Shown: positions 48,316 through 61,372 of the stretch, piece by piece
How the letters are laid out: each line of letters opens with the position of its first letter
How positions within the stretch are numbered: position 1 is the first letter of the stretch
Origin: Alphaproteobacteria bacterium 43-37
GTDB lineage: Bacteria > Pseudomonadota > Alphaproteobacteria > 43-37
Assembly (NCBI GenBank): GCA_001897475.1
Contig: MKSY01000014.1
Coordinates: 114,290-178,289, forward strand
Reading direction: 5' to 3'
DNA length: 64,000 nucleotides
Made by a program: the position numbers and the translations under genes
The notes under the pieces: generated by a model
Database searches by the model: none
What the model was told of the DNA's origin: nothing
What the model saw: the letters and a program-made list of their open reading frames with translations, nothing else

Positions 48316-50988
48316 ATGATAGATAAACATTTTACCCCCCATACCACACAAAAAGAATTATTGGAAAAATGGGAATCTCTTAAGGCTTTTGATTATGACT
48401 CTAAGAAGCCGGAAAGTTTCTACACGATAATTATGCCTCCTCCCAATGTAACGGGAAGCCTGCACATGGGGCATGCTCTCACCTTTACACTCCAAGATAT
48501 TTTGATCCGATCTAAACGAAAACTTGGTAAAAATGTTCTATGGCAACCTGGGACAGATCATGCCGGTATTGCCACTCAAATTGTTGTCGAACGGCAACTA
48601 AGCCAGTCAGGACTCTCTCGCTTTTCAATGGGCAGAGAGGCATTCGTTCAGCGTATCTGGGAATGGAAGGATTTCTCAGGCGGGACTATCAACAATCAAC
48701 TCCGCAAGTTAGGCGCTTCAGCCCCATGGCACCGAGATTGTTTCACAATGGACCCTGCCGTTAATGAAGCTGTTTATCAGGTCTTTAACCGACTTTACAA
48801 AGACAATCTTCTTTATAAATCAAAAAGACTTGTCAACTGGAATATACATCAGCAAACCGCTATTTCTGACATTGAAGTTACCCATAAAACATCCCAAGAC
48901 CCATTTTATTTTATTCGCTATCCAGTTGTTGGCGATCCGACAAAACACATCACCATTGCGACAACCAGACCTGAGACAATGTTTGCGGACGTTGCCGTAG
49001 CAGTTCATCCAGAAGATGAGCGGTACCAAGATCTTATTGGGCAACATGTAACCCTCCCATTAACGGATCGCACCATCCCAATTATTGCTGATGAGTGGTG
49101 CAAAAGCGATGTTGGCACAGGAGCCGTTAAGATCACCCCTGGACACGATTTTAACGATTACGACATGGGTCTGCGTCATAATCTGCCTATGCTTGAAGTG
49201 ATCGATGACGCAGGGAAAATGATTTTTCCTGCTCACCCAGATATCGTTGGGATGGATCGCCTTAAAGCCAGGGAAAAAATTAGCTCGATTCTTGAGGAAC
49301 AAGGGTTTTTAGATCATATTGAAACAATCACTCATTCCGTTCCCTATGCCGAACGCTCTGACTGCGTGATTGAGCCACGATTAATGGATCAGTGGTATGT
49401 GGACGCCCCTCGATTAGCCCATAAAGCCATTGAAGCGGTTGTATCAGGTCAAACCAAATTTGTTCCCGAATACTGGTCACATACATATTTTGAATGGATG
49501 CGGAATATCCAGCCTTGGTGCGTCTCACGCCAGATTTGGTGGGGGCATCGCATTCCCGCTTGGTATGGTCCAGATGGCAAGGTTTTTGTAGCACAGAACG
49601 AGGATGAAGCTCAGGCCAATGCTGCAAAGCATTACGGCAAGCAAACACCACTTGTTCAAGATCCTGATGTCCTGGACACCTGGTTTTCATCCGCACTCTG
49701 GCCTTTTGTGACTTTGGGCTGGCCCAATAAGACCCCTGAACTTGCAAAACATTACCCTGGAGATGTCTTAGTAACCGGCCATGATATTATCTTTTTCTGG
49801 GTAGCTCGCATGATGATGATGGGTATCTATATAATGGGTGATGTCCCCTTCAAAGAAGTTTACATCCATGCGCTAGTCAAGGATGAAAAAGGCCAAAAAA
49901 TGTCAAAGTCAAAGGGGAACATTGTTGATCCCCTTGATCTGATCGAAACATATGGCGCTGACGCCTTACGTCTTACTTTAGCCCTTCAAGCTGCTCCGGG
50001 ACGAGATATTAAGTTCTCATCCAGCCGTATCGAAGGGGCTAAGCATTTCATCACAAAACTTTGGAACGCTGCGCGCTACAGCCTGATGAACCATTGTCAT
50101 TATGACCCAACATTTGACCCACAATCTGTTGAACATAAGATCAATCAGTGGGTTGTCGGGAAGGTCGAAAAGCTCAAACGTTCAACCATAGAATCCCTAG
50201 ATTCTTATGCATTTCATGAGCTTACCCATGATATCTACCATGCCGTTTGGGGCACTTTTTGTGACTGGTATCTGGAATTTACAAAGCCATTGCTGCTTGA
50301 TGACAATTCCCCATACAAACTTGAAACACAAAAAACAACAGCTTGGGCTCTGGTTCAATTCCTGCACATCCTCAATCCCATTATCCCTTTTGTAACGGAA
50401 GAGCTTTGGGCGCATATTCATGATATATCTGGCCTGCCAAACCCTGCGCTTTTAAGCTTATCACCATTTCAGACGAATTCAGAAAAATCATCCGGCGAGA
50501 TACCCTCTATTCAATGGGTTATCGGCTTTATTGAAGAAATTCGCTCCGCATGCACGATTCTTGGTATTCCCGCGGGGACCTCTTTGCGTGTGACCTATTA
50601 TTCAAACGATTCAGCTGAAGCTGAATGGATAAATGAGTTTGCATCGATTATTCAAAAAATGGTACGCTTGAATTCTTTAGACTTTGTAAACACGCCAAAT
50701 GCTCCTTTTGAAATGGGATCAGTTGTGAATCCGTATGGTTTAGGAAGTATTTTTATTCCGCTTCAGGAAGTATTGGATATCGAAAAAGAATCTGCCCGCC
50801 TTAAAAAGGAAATAGGCAAGCTGACGGGCGAAAAAGAGCAAATGTCCAAAAAATTAAACAACCAAGAGTTCCTAAACAAAGCTCCAGAAGAAGTTGTGGA
50901 CGAGTTAAAGGTAAGGTTTAGCACCGCCACCCAAACCATTCAAAAACTCGAACAAACTGTTGCAAGATTTATAAGTTCATCTAAATGA
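48316..50988 (+). CDS. valS: Valine--tRNA ligase
   Basis: Motifs: PPPNVTGSLHMGHAL (HIGH), KMSKSKGN (KMSKS), and a C-terminal coiled coil. Confidence 0.97.
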   Translation: MIDKHFTPHTTQKELLEKWESLKAFDYDSKKPESFYTIIMPPPNVTGSLHMGHALTFTLQDILIRSKRKLGKNVLWQPGTDHAGIATQIVVERQLSQSGLSRFSMGREAFVQRIWEWKDFSGGTINNQLRKLGASAPWHRDCFTMDPAVNEAVYQVFNRLYKDNLLYKSKRLVNWNIHQQTAISDIEVTHKTSQDPFYFIRYPVVGDPTKHITIATTRPETMFADVAVAVHPEDERYQDLIGQHVTLPLTDRTIPIIADEWCKSDVGTGAVKITPGHDFNDYDMGLRHNLPMLEVIDDAGKMIFPAHPDIVGMDRLKAREKISSILEEQGFLDHIETITHSVPYAERSDCVIEPRLMDQWYVDAPRLAHKAIEAVVSGQTKFVPEYWSHTYFEWMRNIQPWCVSRQIWWGHRIPAWYGPDGKVFVAQNEDEAQANAAKHYGKQTPLVQDPDVLDTWFSSALWPFVTLGWPNKTPELAKHYPGDVLVTGHDIIFFWVARMMMMGIYIMGDVPFKEVYIHALVKDEKGQKMSKSKGNIVDPLDLIETYGADALRLTLALQAAPGRDIKFSSSRIEGAKHFITKLWNAARYSLMNHCHYDPTFDPQSVEHKINQWVVGKVEKLKRSTIESLDSYAFHELTHDIYHAVWGTFCDWYLEFTKPLLLDDNSPYKLETQKTTAWALVQFLHILNPIIPFVTEELWAHIHDISGLPNPALLSLSPFQTNSEKSSGEIPSIQWVIGFIEEIRSACTILGIPAGTSLRVTYYSNDSAEAEWINEFASIIQKMVRLNSLDFVNTPNAPFEMGSVVNPYGLGSIFIPLQEVLDIEKESARLKKEIGKLTGEKEQMSKKLNNQEFLNKAPEEVVDELKVRFSTATQTIQKLEQTVARFISSSK

Positions 50989-51602
50989 TCTACTTAGGAT
51001 TGACGGGATCAATTGGAGCCGGCAAATCCACAGTCCTCCAGATGATCAAGAATACTGGCATACCCACATATAGCGCGGATGAAATTGTTCATCAATTATT
51101 CGAACATGACGCGGGACTGACCCAATCCATCCAGAATCTATTTCCGTCAGCCGTTGTTGATGGCCGCATTAACATCAAAAATTTGTCGGAAATTTTTGAT
51201 TCAGAGGATTTAACTTTAATTCAAGAAATAGAATCCAAAATCCATCCCAAAGTTTATGAGCAAATCCACTCCATACTCCAACATCATAAAAAGTTACACA
51301 CCCCACTCGTTTGCGTCGAAATCCCACTGCTGTTCGAAACACTCAAAAATTTTCACCGCCCGGATATCATTTGCGTTGTCCATACGACTGCCAGTGAACA
51401 ACGAAGGCGCGTTTTAAGTCGACCAGGAATGACCCTGACGCGCTTACAAAAAGTGCTTCACAGACAAATGCCAGCCCATGAGAAGCTTAAAATGGCGGAT
51501 TGGATTCTCTATTCTTGTGGAAATCTTGCAAACCTTGAACAGCGAGTTAATTTTATGCTAAAGACAATTTTAAGTGCATCAGCTATGCAGGCGAGGTCTT
51601 AA
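50985..51602 (+). CDS. coaE: Dephospho-CoA kinase
   Basis: MIYLGLTGSIGAGKST P-loop. ATGA overlap with valS. Confidence 0.9.
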   Translation: MIYLGLTGSIGAGKSTVLQMIKNTGIPTYSADEIVHQLFEHDAGLTQSIQNLFPSAVVDGRINIKNLSEIFDSEDLTLIQEIESKIHPKVYEQIHSILQHHKKLHTPLVCVEIPLLFETLKNFHRPDIICVVHTTASEQRRRVLSRPGMTLTRLQKVLHRQMPAHEKLKMADWILYSCGNLANLEQRVNFMLKTILSASAMQARS

Positions 51603-52285
51603 TGCGTGAAATTGTATTGGATACCGAAACAACAGGTTTTGATCCAGAAGCTTCGCATAAAATTGTCGAAGTTGCCTGTGTAGAGCTCTTCAACCATATG
51701 CGTACAGGCGAGTATTTTCATGCCTACATTAATCCTGAACGAGATGTTCCAGATGAGGCCTTTCAAGTGCACGGCTTATCAACGGACTTTTTGAAAGATC
51801 ATCGCATTTTTGGCCATATTGCCGGCGACATGCTAGATTTTATCAAAGGGTCACCACTTATTATTCATAATGCCGCTTTCGATCTCAAATTCTTAAATCA
51901 TGAATTACGATTTGCCGGCTTCCCTTCCCTCGATGGCCACCCTTTCGTTGACACACTATTCATGGCTCGCAAAGCTTTTCCAGGAGCACAAGCTAGCTTA
52001 GATGCCCTTTGCAAACGCTTCAAGATTGACCTAAGCCGCCGCTCAAAACACGGCGCTTTATTGGACGCAGAACTATTAGCGGAAGTTTATCTAGAGCTTA
52101 AGGGCGGCAAGCAACATGGCTTGGGCTTTACTTCAATAGAAACACCCAACAAACAAGACGAATTTATCGCCCAAAGATCATCCATTGCTTTTCCACACCG
52201 CACCTTCCCTGTTACAGAAGAAGAATCTCAGCTGCATGAAAAGCTCGTGGCAACTCTGCCCAATTCTGTTTGGAATAAAGGCTAA
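51602..52285 (+). CDS. dnaQ: DNA polymerase III subunit epsilon (3'-5' exonuclease)
   Basis: Exo motifs: IVLDTETTGFDP, IIHNAAFDLKFL and HGALLDAELLAEVY. Confidence 0.93.
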   Translation: MREIVLDTETTGFDPEASHKIVEVACVELFNHMRTGEYFHAYINPERDVPDEAFQVHGLSTDFLKDHRIFGHIAGDMLDFIKGSPLIIHNAAFDLKFLNHELRFAGFPSLDGHPFVDTLFMARKAFPGAQASLDALCKRFKIDLSRRSKHGALLDAELLAEVYLELKGGKQHGLGFTSIETPNKQDEFIAQRSSIAFPHRTFPVTEEESQLHEKLVATLPNSVWNKG

Positions 52286-52482
52286 TTTTATTTTTATGTA
52301 TTCCATTATACATACTAAAAAAATCTTAAGGCAAAAAACACTGAAAGTCAGCCCATAGCAGCAATTTCTCCCTGAGGACTCTAAGTTTTTGAGAGCAAAG
52401 AAAAATTGTCATTCAAAAATTTTCTTTAACAAAAATTTAATATTTTCAGTTCTAAATTGAAGGTGCTCCATCTAAACACACA

Positions 52483-52523
52483 AAAAAAATTAAGGAGAGG
52501 TTTTAACACCTCTCCTCTTTTTT
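52483..52523. terminator. Bidirectional rho-independent terminator between the convergent dnaQ and groEL genes
   Basis: AAAAAAAATTA-AGGAGAGGT-tttaac-ACCTCTCCT-CTTTTTT. Confidence 0.8.
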
Positions 52524-52543
52524 AGTATCAATGGAAGCAATGA

Positions 52544-54214
<1,671 letters not shown>

Positions 54215-54529
54215 TTATGCGGCTTTTTTGCCAGAACTAGCACCCTCAAGGATGCCGAGGATATCAGCTTCTTTAAGAATGAGGAGCTCTTCACCATCCA
54301 ACTTGATTTCAGTACCTGACCACTTTGCAAAAAGGACGATATCGCCCTCTTTAATGGCTATTGGAATCAACTTCCCAGCTTCATCAATAGCCCCTGGGCC
54401 AACAGCTATAACTTCAGCCTCGATTGGCTTTTCCTTTGCTGTGTCAGGAATAATAATGCCGCCAGCGGTTTTCTCGTCCTTTTCAACACGACGAACCAAA
54501 ACCCGATCACGCAGTGGTTTAAATTTCAT
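54215..54529 (-). CDS. groS: Co-chaperonin GroES
   Basis: [35 protein letters not shown]... Confidence 0.97.
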   Translation of the reverse strand: MKFKPLRDRVLVRRVEKDEKTAGGIIIPDTAKEKPIEAEVIAVGPGAIDEAGKLIPIAIKEGDIVLFAKWSGTEIKLDGEELLILKEADILGILEGASSGKKAA

Positions 54530-54554
54530 GCATAAGTCTCCATGTTTTATACGT

Positions 54555-54581
54555 TTAGCACTAAGTGCCTCTGAGTGCTAA
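54555..54581. promoter_or_regulatory. CIRCE operator (HrcA binding site) upstream of groES
   Basis: TTAGCACT-aagtgcctc-TGAGTGCTAA matches the consensus TTAGCACTC-N9-GAGTGCTAA. It lies 26 nt upstream of the groES start. Confidence 0.85.
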
Positions 54582-54736
54582 GTAGCATCAAATGACCCAG
54601 AATGTCAAGAATTTGTTAACATCTGTGAGCGACTTAAATAATGCTAGACTTTCTTGCAAAGACGAAAAATTCTCCTAGCTTTATGCGCTCAAATCTCATA
54701 GAACTAGTTGGTTATAATCGTGATCATGATGGATGA

Positions 54737-55783
<1,047 letters not shown>

Positions 55784-55869
55784 TCACTCCCTCTAAGCCA
55801 TAGGGGGCATGATACATATGCGGGATATCGCTTTTTTAGCACCCACATTATGATGAGGTAGGTTCTAAT

Positions 55870-56775
55870 ATGGTGAATTTACCACAAATTTTACGATTGA
55901 TTTCTCAAATTTGGCGCAAGCCATCGAGCGATCGATTATTCTCTCCACGGCTAAAAAAGATCTATCGATTTGTCAGCCTCTTACCTTTGCTCATAGTTAT
56001 TACCATTCTGGTTGTTTTAAACCACCTATCCCCTCAGATCACCCAAAGCTTTAAGCTCACCATTACCTCCGTAATAGCACCTGTCGTTAAAACGTTTAAC
56101 CGCATAAATGAATTTATTTTTGATGATATCGGCGCCAATCTAAAACGAGTACAGTTTGCCTTTTCACACGACTTCCCTGAAACCGAAACGCTTATGCGCC
56201 GTATCCAAAGATTGGAAGCGCAACTCCAAGTGAATCAGAGCCAATATCAGGAATTGCGTCAATTCCTACATCTGCCCTTTGAAAATGAGAAACCCATCGC
56301 TCTTGCGGATATTATTGGGTGGACAACCGATGGCTTTCGCAACCACATTTACCTTAACGTCTCCCATTTTCAAGCAACAGAAAACATGGTGGTAACACAT
56401 CCGCTAGGGTTGATTGGTAAAATTTCTGCCGCCAACACTAAGATTGCCATTGTTATAACAATCTTAGATCCTAGCTTAAGAATCCCATTCAAAATTGCTG
56501 GCACAGACACCCATGGCATCGTCACGGGAGATGGAACAAATGGGATGAAGGTTCTTTATTTTGAAAAACCGTCCCACGTAACAGCTGGTCAAATTCTCAT
56601 AACGTCAGGAGAAGGAGGAATTTTCCCACCTAATATACCGATAGGGACAATTCAATCCATCGCACCTGAAGTTGAAGTGAAGCCTTTCGTAAAGCTTTCA
56701 AATATGCAGTTTGCAAATGTTTTTGCTCCTGCCGTTCACTGCATACAGGGAACAGATAAACTATGCGAACCATAA
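55870..56775 (+). CDS. mreC: Rod shape-determining protein MreC
   Basis: N-terminal TM segment, a coiled coil (RIQRLEAQLQVNQSQYQELRQ), then beta-rich domains (GLIGKI, TSGEGGIFPPNIPIGTI). Its position after mreB supports the call. Confidence 0.85.
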   Translation: MVNLPQILRLISQIWRKPSSDRLFSPRLKKIYRFVSLLPLLIVITILVVLNHLSPQITQSFKLTITSVIAPVVKTFNRINEFIFDDIGANLKRVQFAFSHDFPETETLMRRIQRLEAQLQVNQSQYQELRQFLHLPFENEKPIALADIIGWTTDGFRNHIYLNVSHFQATENMVVTHPLGLIGKISAANTKIAIVITILDPSLRIPFKIAGTDTHGIVTGDGTNGMKVLYFEKPSHVTAGQILITSGEGGIFPPNIPIGTIQSIAPEVEVKPFVKLSNMQFANVFAPAVHCIQGTDKLCEP

Positions 56776-57272
56776 GTTTGAGCTTAAATCACAATACCTC
56801 AATCCCCACAAAGCTATTGATCATTAGCACAATAGCCCTTAGTACATGCGCCAGCTTCATTCATTGGGGTTATTATTATGGTTATAGCATCCAATTTCCT
56901 TATGCTGTCATTTTTGCATGGACAATATACCGCCCAGATCAAACGCGAATCTTACCCTTGCTCCTAATGGGTATTCTGAAAGATGCCTTAATGGGTGGGC
57001 AACTAGGATTAACCAGCGGTGCATTTTGGATCACTTGGTGGCTTGCAATAGGGCAAAGATGGTTTTTGATCAAACGAAACTTTAGCATTGCATGGATGAG
57101 TTTCATTGTAGTTGCTGGTTTTGTTGAGTCATTGAGATTTTTCGTCTTAAGTCTAACAAATCTGGAAAGCCCGTTTATCGGTGCATTTTTTTATGATTTA
57201 TTAATGCTGGGAGCGTTCTTTCCCTTGATTGCTCGCATTATCTATTGGTTAAGCAAGAAACACAGGCCTTAA
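56763..57272 (+). CDS. mreD: Rod shape-determining protein MreD
   Basis: 169-aa polytopic membrane protein. It overlaps the end of mreC and precedes mrdA. Confidence 0.75.
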   Translation: MRTISLSLNHNTSIPTKLLIISTIALSTCASFIHWGYYYGYSIQFPYAVIFAWTIYRPDQTRILPLLLMGILKDALMGGQLGLTSGAFWITWWLAIGQRWFLIKRNFSIAWMSFIVVAGFVESLRFFVLSLTNLESPFIGAFFYDLLMLGAFFPLIARIIYWLSKKHRP

Positions 57273-59078
57273 ATGGATCAACCACAACTTGAAAATATTA
57301 TTACCCGTCGCATTTTCATGTTGGGCTTAGGTAAAGGGGCGCTCTTAAGTTTGATCTTGGGTCGCATGTACTATCTGCAAATTGTTGAAGGGAAAAAATA
57401 CGAACTCCTCGCTGATAAAAACCGCATCTCATGGCGCTTCAAATCAAAGCCGCGCGGACGAATACTTGATTGCCAAGGCCATGAAATGAGTTCCAACAAA
57501 GGTGTTTTTAACCTTGTTGCTGACCATGATGCCCTCAAAAACATTCACCCACTTTTAGAGACGATTGGAAAATATATTCCTATTGATGAGGATCATAAAA
57601 AATGGGTAATCCGTGAATTAAAACGCAACCCTCCTTATATTCCTACTATTGTCAAAAGCAACTTAAGTTGGGAAGAGGTCACCAGCATCGAGCTAAATGC
57701 TAGTGAACTTCAAGGCGCTTACATTGAAAACAGCTATCAGCGAGATTATCTTAATGGTTCGGCATTCGCAGCTATAACAGGGTATGTCTCAACACCCACC
57801 CCAAATGATGTAGAAGCTGAGCCCCTTCTAAAACTTCCTGGTTTACGCGTTGGCCGTCAAGGGCTTGAAAAAACATATGATCATCACCTACAGGGCGAAC
57901 CTGCACACGAACAGCTGGAAGTCAATGCTCGCAATCGCATCGTACGCAAGCTGTCACAATACCCAGGGCGTGTTGGTGGTGACATCAATCTCACTATCCA
58001 CAATGATCTTCATCTTAAGTGTCTTGAGCTTATGAATCCCCATCAAGCTGGCAGCTGCTTGCTTATGGATATTCATACTGGCGAGATCTTAACTTACATT
58101 TCTCACCCTTCTTATAATCCAAATTTATTTGCCAATGGCATTCAAAAGCAAGATTGGCAAGCGCTTCAAAATGACCCTTTGCGCCCATTAATCAATAGGC
58201 CCATTAGCGGCCTATATCCGCCAGGATCAACGTTCAAAATGCTGGTTATCTTAGCTGCGCTGGAAGAAGGATTGATTGATTCCAACACACAGTTTTTTTG
58301 CAATGGCGCCCTAGAAATGGGATCGCATATCTTTCATTGCTGGCATACCCATGGGCAAGTTGACCTGGTGAAAGCTATCGCAGCTTCTTGCGATATTTAT
58401 ATATACCAGATTGCCCTTAGGCTAGGCGCAGACAAAATTTCTGCCATCGCTCGCCGATTTGGGTTCGGATCTTTAACAGGCATTGAGCTCGAGGATGAAA
58501 AATCTGGCCTTGTGCCAGATAAATCCTGGAAGAAAAAAACCAAAAAGGCATCATGGTACCCAGGAGACACCCTCAATTTTTCTATTGGACAAGGATTTTT
58601 CACCGCCACCCCCATCCAGATAGCTCGCATGATAGCAGCCCTTGCCAACGGTGGCCGCTTGGTAACGCCACACTTATGTAAACTACATGAAGGCCATGAA
58701 TACCAAGAAATCATCAATATTAACCCAGCCCACTTGGATCTGATTCACCTTGGTATGATGCACGCCATTCACGAACCTTACGGCACAAGCCATAGCGCTG
58801 CCCCTGCTACAGGCGGCATCCTGATGGCCGGGAAAACCGGCTCATCACAAGTCAAACGCATTCATATGGAAGACAGACTAAGAGGCCTTCACAAATCTGC
58901 CTCAAGGGCATGGGCTGACCTCGAGCACGCTATCTTTTCCGGCTTTGCTCCTTATGATAACCCTCGCTATGGAGTGTGCGTGGTGATTGAGCATGGCGGC
59001 GGCGGCGGACGTGTAGCCGGCCCCATTGGCGTTGGAGCGCTTAGGCTTTGCTTAGAGCACTTCCAAAACAAAAACTAA
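57273..59078 (+). CDS. mrdA: Penicillin-binding protein 2 (peptidoglycan D,D-transpeptidase)
   Basis: N-terminal TM segment, RGRILDCQG, and the active-site motifs PGSTFK, SIG(Q) and KTGSSQ. Confidence 0.93.
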   Translation: MDQPQLENIITRRIFMLGLGKGALLSLILGRMYYLQIVEGKKYELLADKNRISWRFKSKPRGRILDCQGHEMSSNKGVFNLVADHDALKNIHPLLETIGKYIPIDEDHKKWVIRELKRNPPYIPTIVKSNLSWEEVTSIELNASELQGAYIENSYQRDYLNGSAFAAITGYVSTPTPNDVEAEPLLKLPGLRVGRQGLEKTYDHHLQGEPAHEQLEVNARNRIVRKLSQYPGRVGGDINLTIHNDLHLKCLELMNPHQAGSCLLMDIHTGEILTYISHPSYNPNLFANGIQKQDWQALQNDPLRPLINRPISGLYPPGSTFKMLVILAALEEGLIDSNTQFFCNGALEMGSHIFHCWHTHGQVDLVKAIAASCDIYIYQIALRLGADKISAIARRFGFGSLTGIELEDEKSGLVPDKSWKKKTKKASWYPGDTLNFSIGQGFFTATPIQIARMIAALANGGRLVTPHLCKLHEGHEYQEIININPAHLDLIHLGMMHAIHEPYGTSHSAAPATGGILMAGKTGSSQVKRIHMEDRLRGLHKSASRAWADLEHAIFSGFAPYDNPRYGVCVVIEHGGGGGRVAGPIGVGALRLCLEHFQNKN

Positions 59079-59227
59079 CCTCCCAATCTTCTGGCAAACA
59101 ACCCCTATTCCATTTTGTCACATCCAATATGATTACTTAATAGCCAAACTATACTTGTTAATCCATTTGGTGATTCCTACCTGTAGCGAGGGACCATAAA
59201 ACATAACTCATTATCAGGATTAATATT

Positions 59228-59845
59228 ATGAACAAATTAACATTTCTCGCAACTGTAGCAACTCTTGCTTTGAGCTCAACAGCTGTTTTAGCTCAAGGAG
59301 GCATTGGAAGTCAAAACCATAGCGCCTTCCATAAGCCTTATGTGTACACACCTGCCGCACAAGCCGATGTTAAAGTTACAACACCAGAAAACGAAAGCGG
59401 CAACGGTATTGCTCAACAGGAAACAGCTGAGATCAACATCAGTGCCACAGTGCCACAATTAGTTTATATTGAAGCACCAACCACAAAGCTTGATTTCACC
59501 TTCACAAAACTTTTTGAGACCCGTACCACTCAGACACCTTTTAAGGTTTTGGCAAACACACCTCACACCGTGACTTTGTCCACCAATCATACCATTCAAA
59601 ATTCCGACAAATCCTTCCTTCCTTTTGATGTGAATATTGATGGAACCACATATGCTTCAGGGCATGATCGCAGTGTAGAGTTAGGCAAAAATCTTGGGGA
59701 TAAAGATCATGAAATTCTCAGCAAAGATGGTGTCACGAACTACAAGGGCGAAGAGCATGTTCTTTCCGTTAGCATCAACAACGCAGCAGCTCTGCATGGC
59801 CAATATTCCGGCAAAGTAACGCTCACCATCAAAGCCACTAACTAA
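59228..59845 (+). CDS. Secreted beta-rich pilin-like protein (SCPU/DUF4402-like), paralog 1
   Basis: Signal peptide MNKLTFLATVATLALSSTAVLAQG. It has INISATVPQLVYIE near the mature N-terminus and HGQYSGKVTLTIKATN at the C-terminus. A terminator follows. Confidence 0.55.
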   Translation: MNKLTFLATVATLALSSTAVLAQGGIGSQNHSAFHKPYVYTPAAQADVKVTTPENESGNGIAQQETAEINISATVPQLVYIEAPTTKLDFTFTKLFETRTTQTPFKVLANTPHTVTLSTNHTIQNSDKSFLPFDVNIDGTTYASGHDRSVELGKNLGDKDHEILSKDGVTNYKGEEHVLSVSINNAAALHGQYSGKVTLTIKATN

Positions 59846-59853
59846 TCACCTTC

Positions 59854-59885
59854 AAGACCCTTTGCTGTTGGCAAGGGGTCTTTTT
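59854..59885 (+). terminator. Rho-independent terminator
   Basis: AAGACCCTTTGC-tgttg-GCAAGGGGTCTT followed by TTT. Confidence 0.75.
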
Positions 59886-60001
59886 AGATCTGATAGGAAT
59901 AATTTTAGTAAAATCCAAATTAAACTTTAAATAAATTCAACCGTATTCTTAGAAGAAATTTACCTCCCCTTTATAAGATGTGCTCATACAGGGGATAAAA
60001 A

Positions 60002-60331
60002 ATGAATAAAATCAGCCGAGTACTTATTTACACAAGTCTGTTCTTTGCATGCACGGCTCAAGCTCAAAAAAGCACGCTGCACATCCAGATTTCTGCTTAT
60101 GTCCCACCACGTTGTGAAATTACCCTTCAAGATTCCAAGGTTATCGATGGACAACTGGTTGTTAAAACCGTAGAGCGCTGCAACACGCAAAAAGACTTAA
60201 AAATCACGGAAAATAGAACACCTATAAAGTACGAGCGCCAATACAATTCAAGCTCAGACCAAACAACATATGTTGCTGATGCAAGTCGTTCGGCTAACTC
60301 CCCCTATTTTCTTGTTGTGCAGGCTAAATAA
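60002..60331 (+). CDS. Secreted small pilin-like protein, paralog 2
   Basis: Signal peptide MNKISRVLIYTSLFFACTAQAQ. It has IQISAYVPPRCEITL and a second Cys (ERCN). Confidence 0.5.
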   Translation: MNKISRVLIYTSLFFACTAQAQKSTLHIQISAYVPPRCEITLQDSKVIDGQLVVKTVERCNTQKDLKITENRTPIKYERQYNSSSDQTTYVADASRSANSPYFLVVQAK

Positions 60332-60366
60332 CTGGTATAAGTTCAAAAAAACGATGGAAATGATTA

Positions 60367-60852
60367 ATGAATAGCAGAATTATCAGTGTTGTTACTCTCT
60401 TCACATTACTAAGCGTAAGCCTTTGTTCTGCTCAGCCCACCAATGATGGAGTCCTCCGTTCCGCCAGTGCAACTGGCAAAATCAAGCTTAAAGGAAAAAT
60501 ATCACCTTCTTGCCACATCAAGCTTAACAATTCTCAGACTCTCGACCTTATATTCACAAACAACGAAACTGAGTCTCGGCCAATTGCGCTCACTTCTTAC
60601 TGCAACCATGAGTCTCAGCATAAAATCAAGGTTAGCTATGACGGTTTGTTGAAATACAACACAAACACTATCCCATACTCCGTTGTTATGGATGGTATGG
60701 AACTGCCAGCCGGCACAGCTGCAGGCCACACTGTCTCTTCCAATGGCCTCAGCTATGAGGGTAATGTTAAACTGAAATTTGCACCTAATGAAGCTGCCCC
60801 TGCTGGGGACTATAAGGGCAAAGTTGTATTCACCATTACCCACGGCGTTTAA
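60367..60852 (+). CDS. Secreted pilin-like protein (SCPU/DUF4402-like), paralog 3
   Basis: Signal peptide MNSRIISVVTLFTLLSVSLCSAQ. It has GKISPSCHIKL..LTSYC and the C-terminal AGDYKGKVVFTITHGV. Confidence 0.55.
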   Translation: MNSRIISVVTLFTLLSVSLCSAQPTNDGVLRSASATGKIKLKGKISPSCHIKLNNSQTLDLIFTNNETESRPIALTSYCNHESQHKIKVSYDGLLKYNTNTIPYSVVMDGMELPAGTAAGHTVSSNGLSYEGNVKLKFAPNEAAPAGDYKGKVVFTITHGV

Positions 60853-60989
60853 TCATAAGAACCTTTACGAGTGACGTTATGCACATGAAAACCCATTAGG
60901 GGATTTTTGCGGCATTCTTTAGGCTTATTTTACTTTTTTATACCATTATAATCTAAAGAAAGCCAAAAGCGTTTAATGCGAGGACTATC

Positions 60990-61265
60990 ATGGCTAAGAA
61001 TCTCGATCTTCCCCATGTTTGCCTACCCAATTATCGACTGCTCACCGCTGAAATCACATATCATCTGCCCGATCATCCACACCTGCTGCAGGTCTACTTG
61101 TGGCAAGAATACGATCTACTGCCAAATTATCCTGAGCTAACCAAATTCTTAATTTTTTGGGAAACAAACCTAGATGGCAAACTTCATAGCGTTATAGTCA
61201 GTTCAACTGAAGCCTTTGAAAGGCAAGAATTCACCTTTGCCGATGGGCATTTTGTCCTACATTAA
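60990..61265 (+). CDS. Usg-family protein
   Basis: YRLLTAEITYHLPDHPHLLQVYLWQEYDLLPNYPELTKFLIFWETNLDGKLHSV matches the alphaproteobacterial Usg pattern as I remember it. Confidence 0.75.
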   Translation: MAKNLDLPHVCLPNYRLLTAEITYHLPDHPHLLQVYLWQEYDLLPNYPELTKFLIFWETNLDGKLHSVIVSSTEAFERQEFTFADGHFVLH

Positions 61266-61372
61266 TAGCGCCTCTAGACATATTCTAAGCGCCAGCTCAT
61301 TCTTATTTCCCGCTTGGTTTTATGCCCGCAGTTGCTTAAAGTATACCTATCAACAATCTATAGATATCACAA

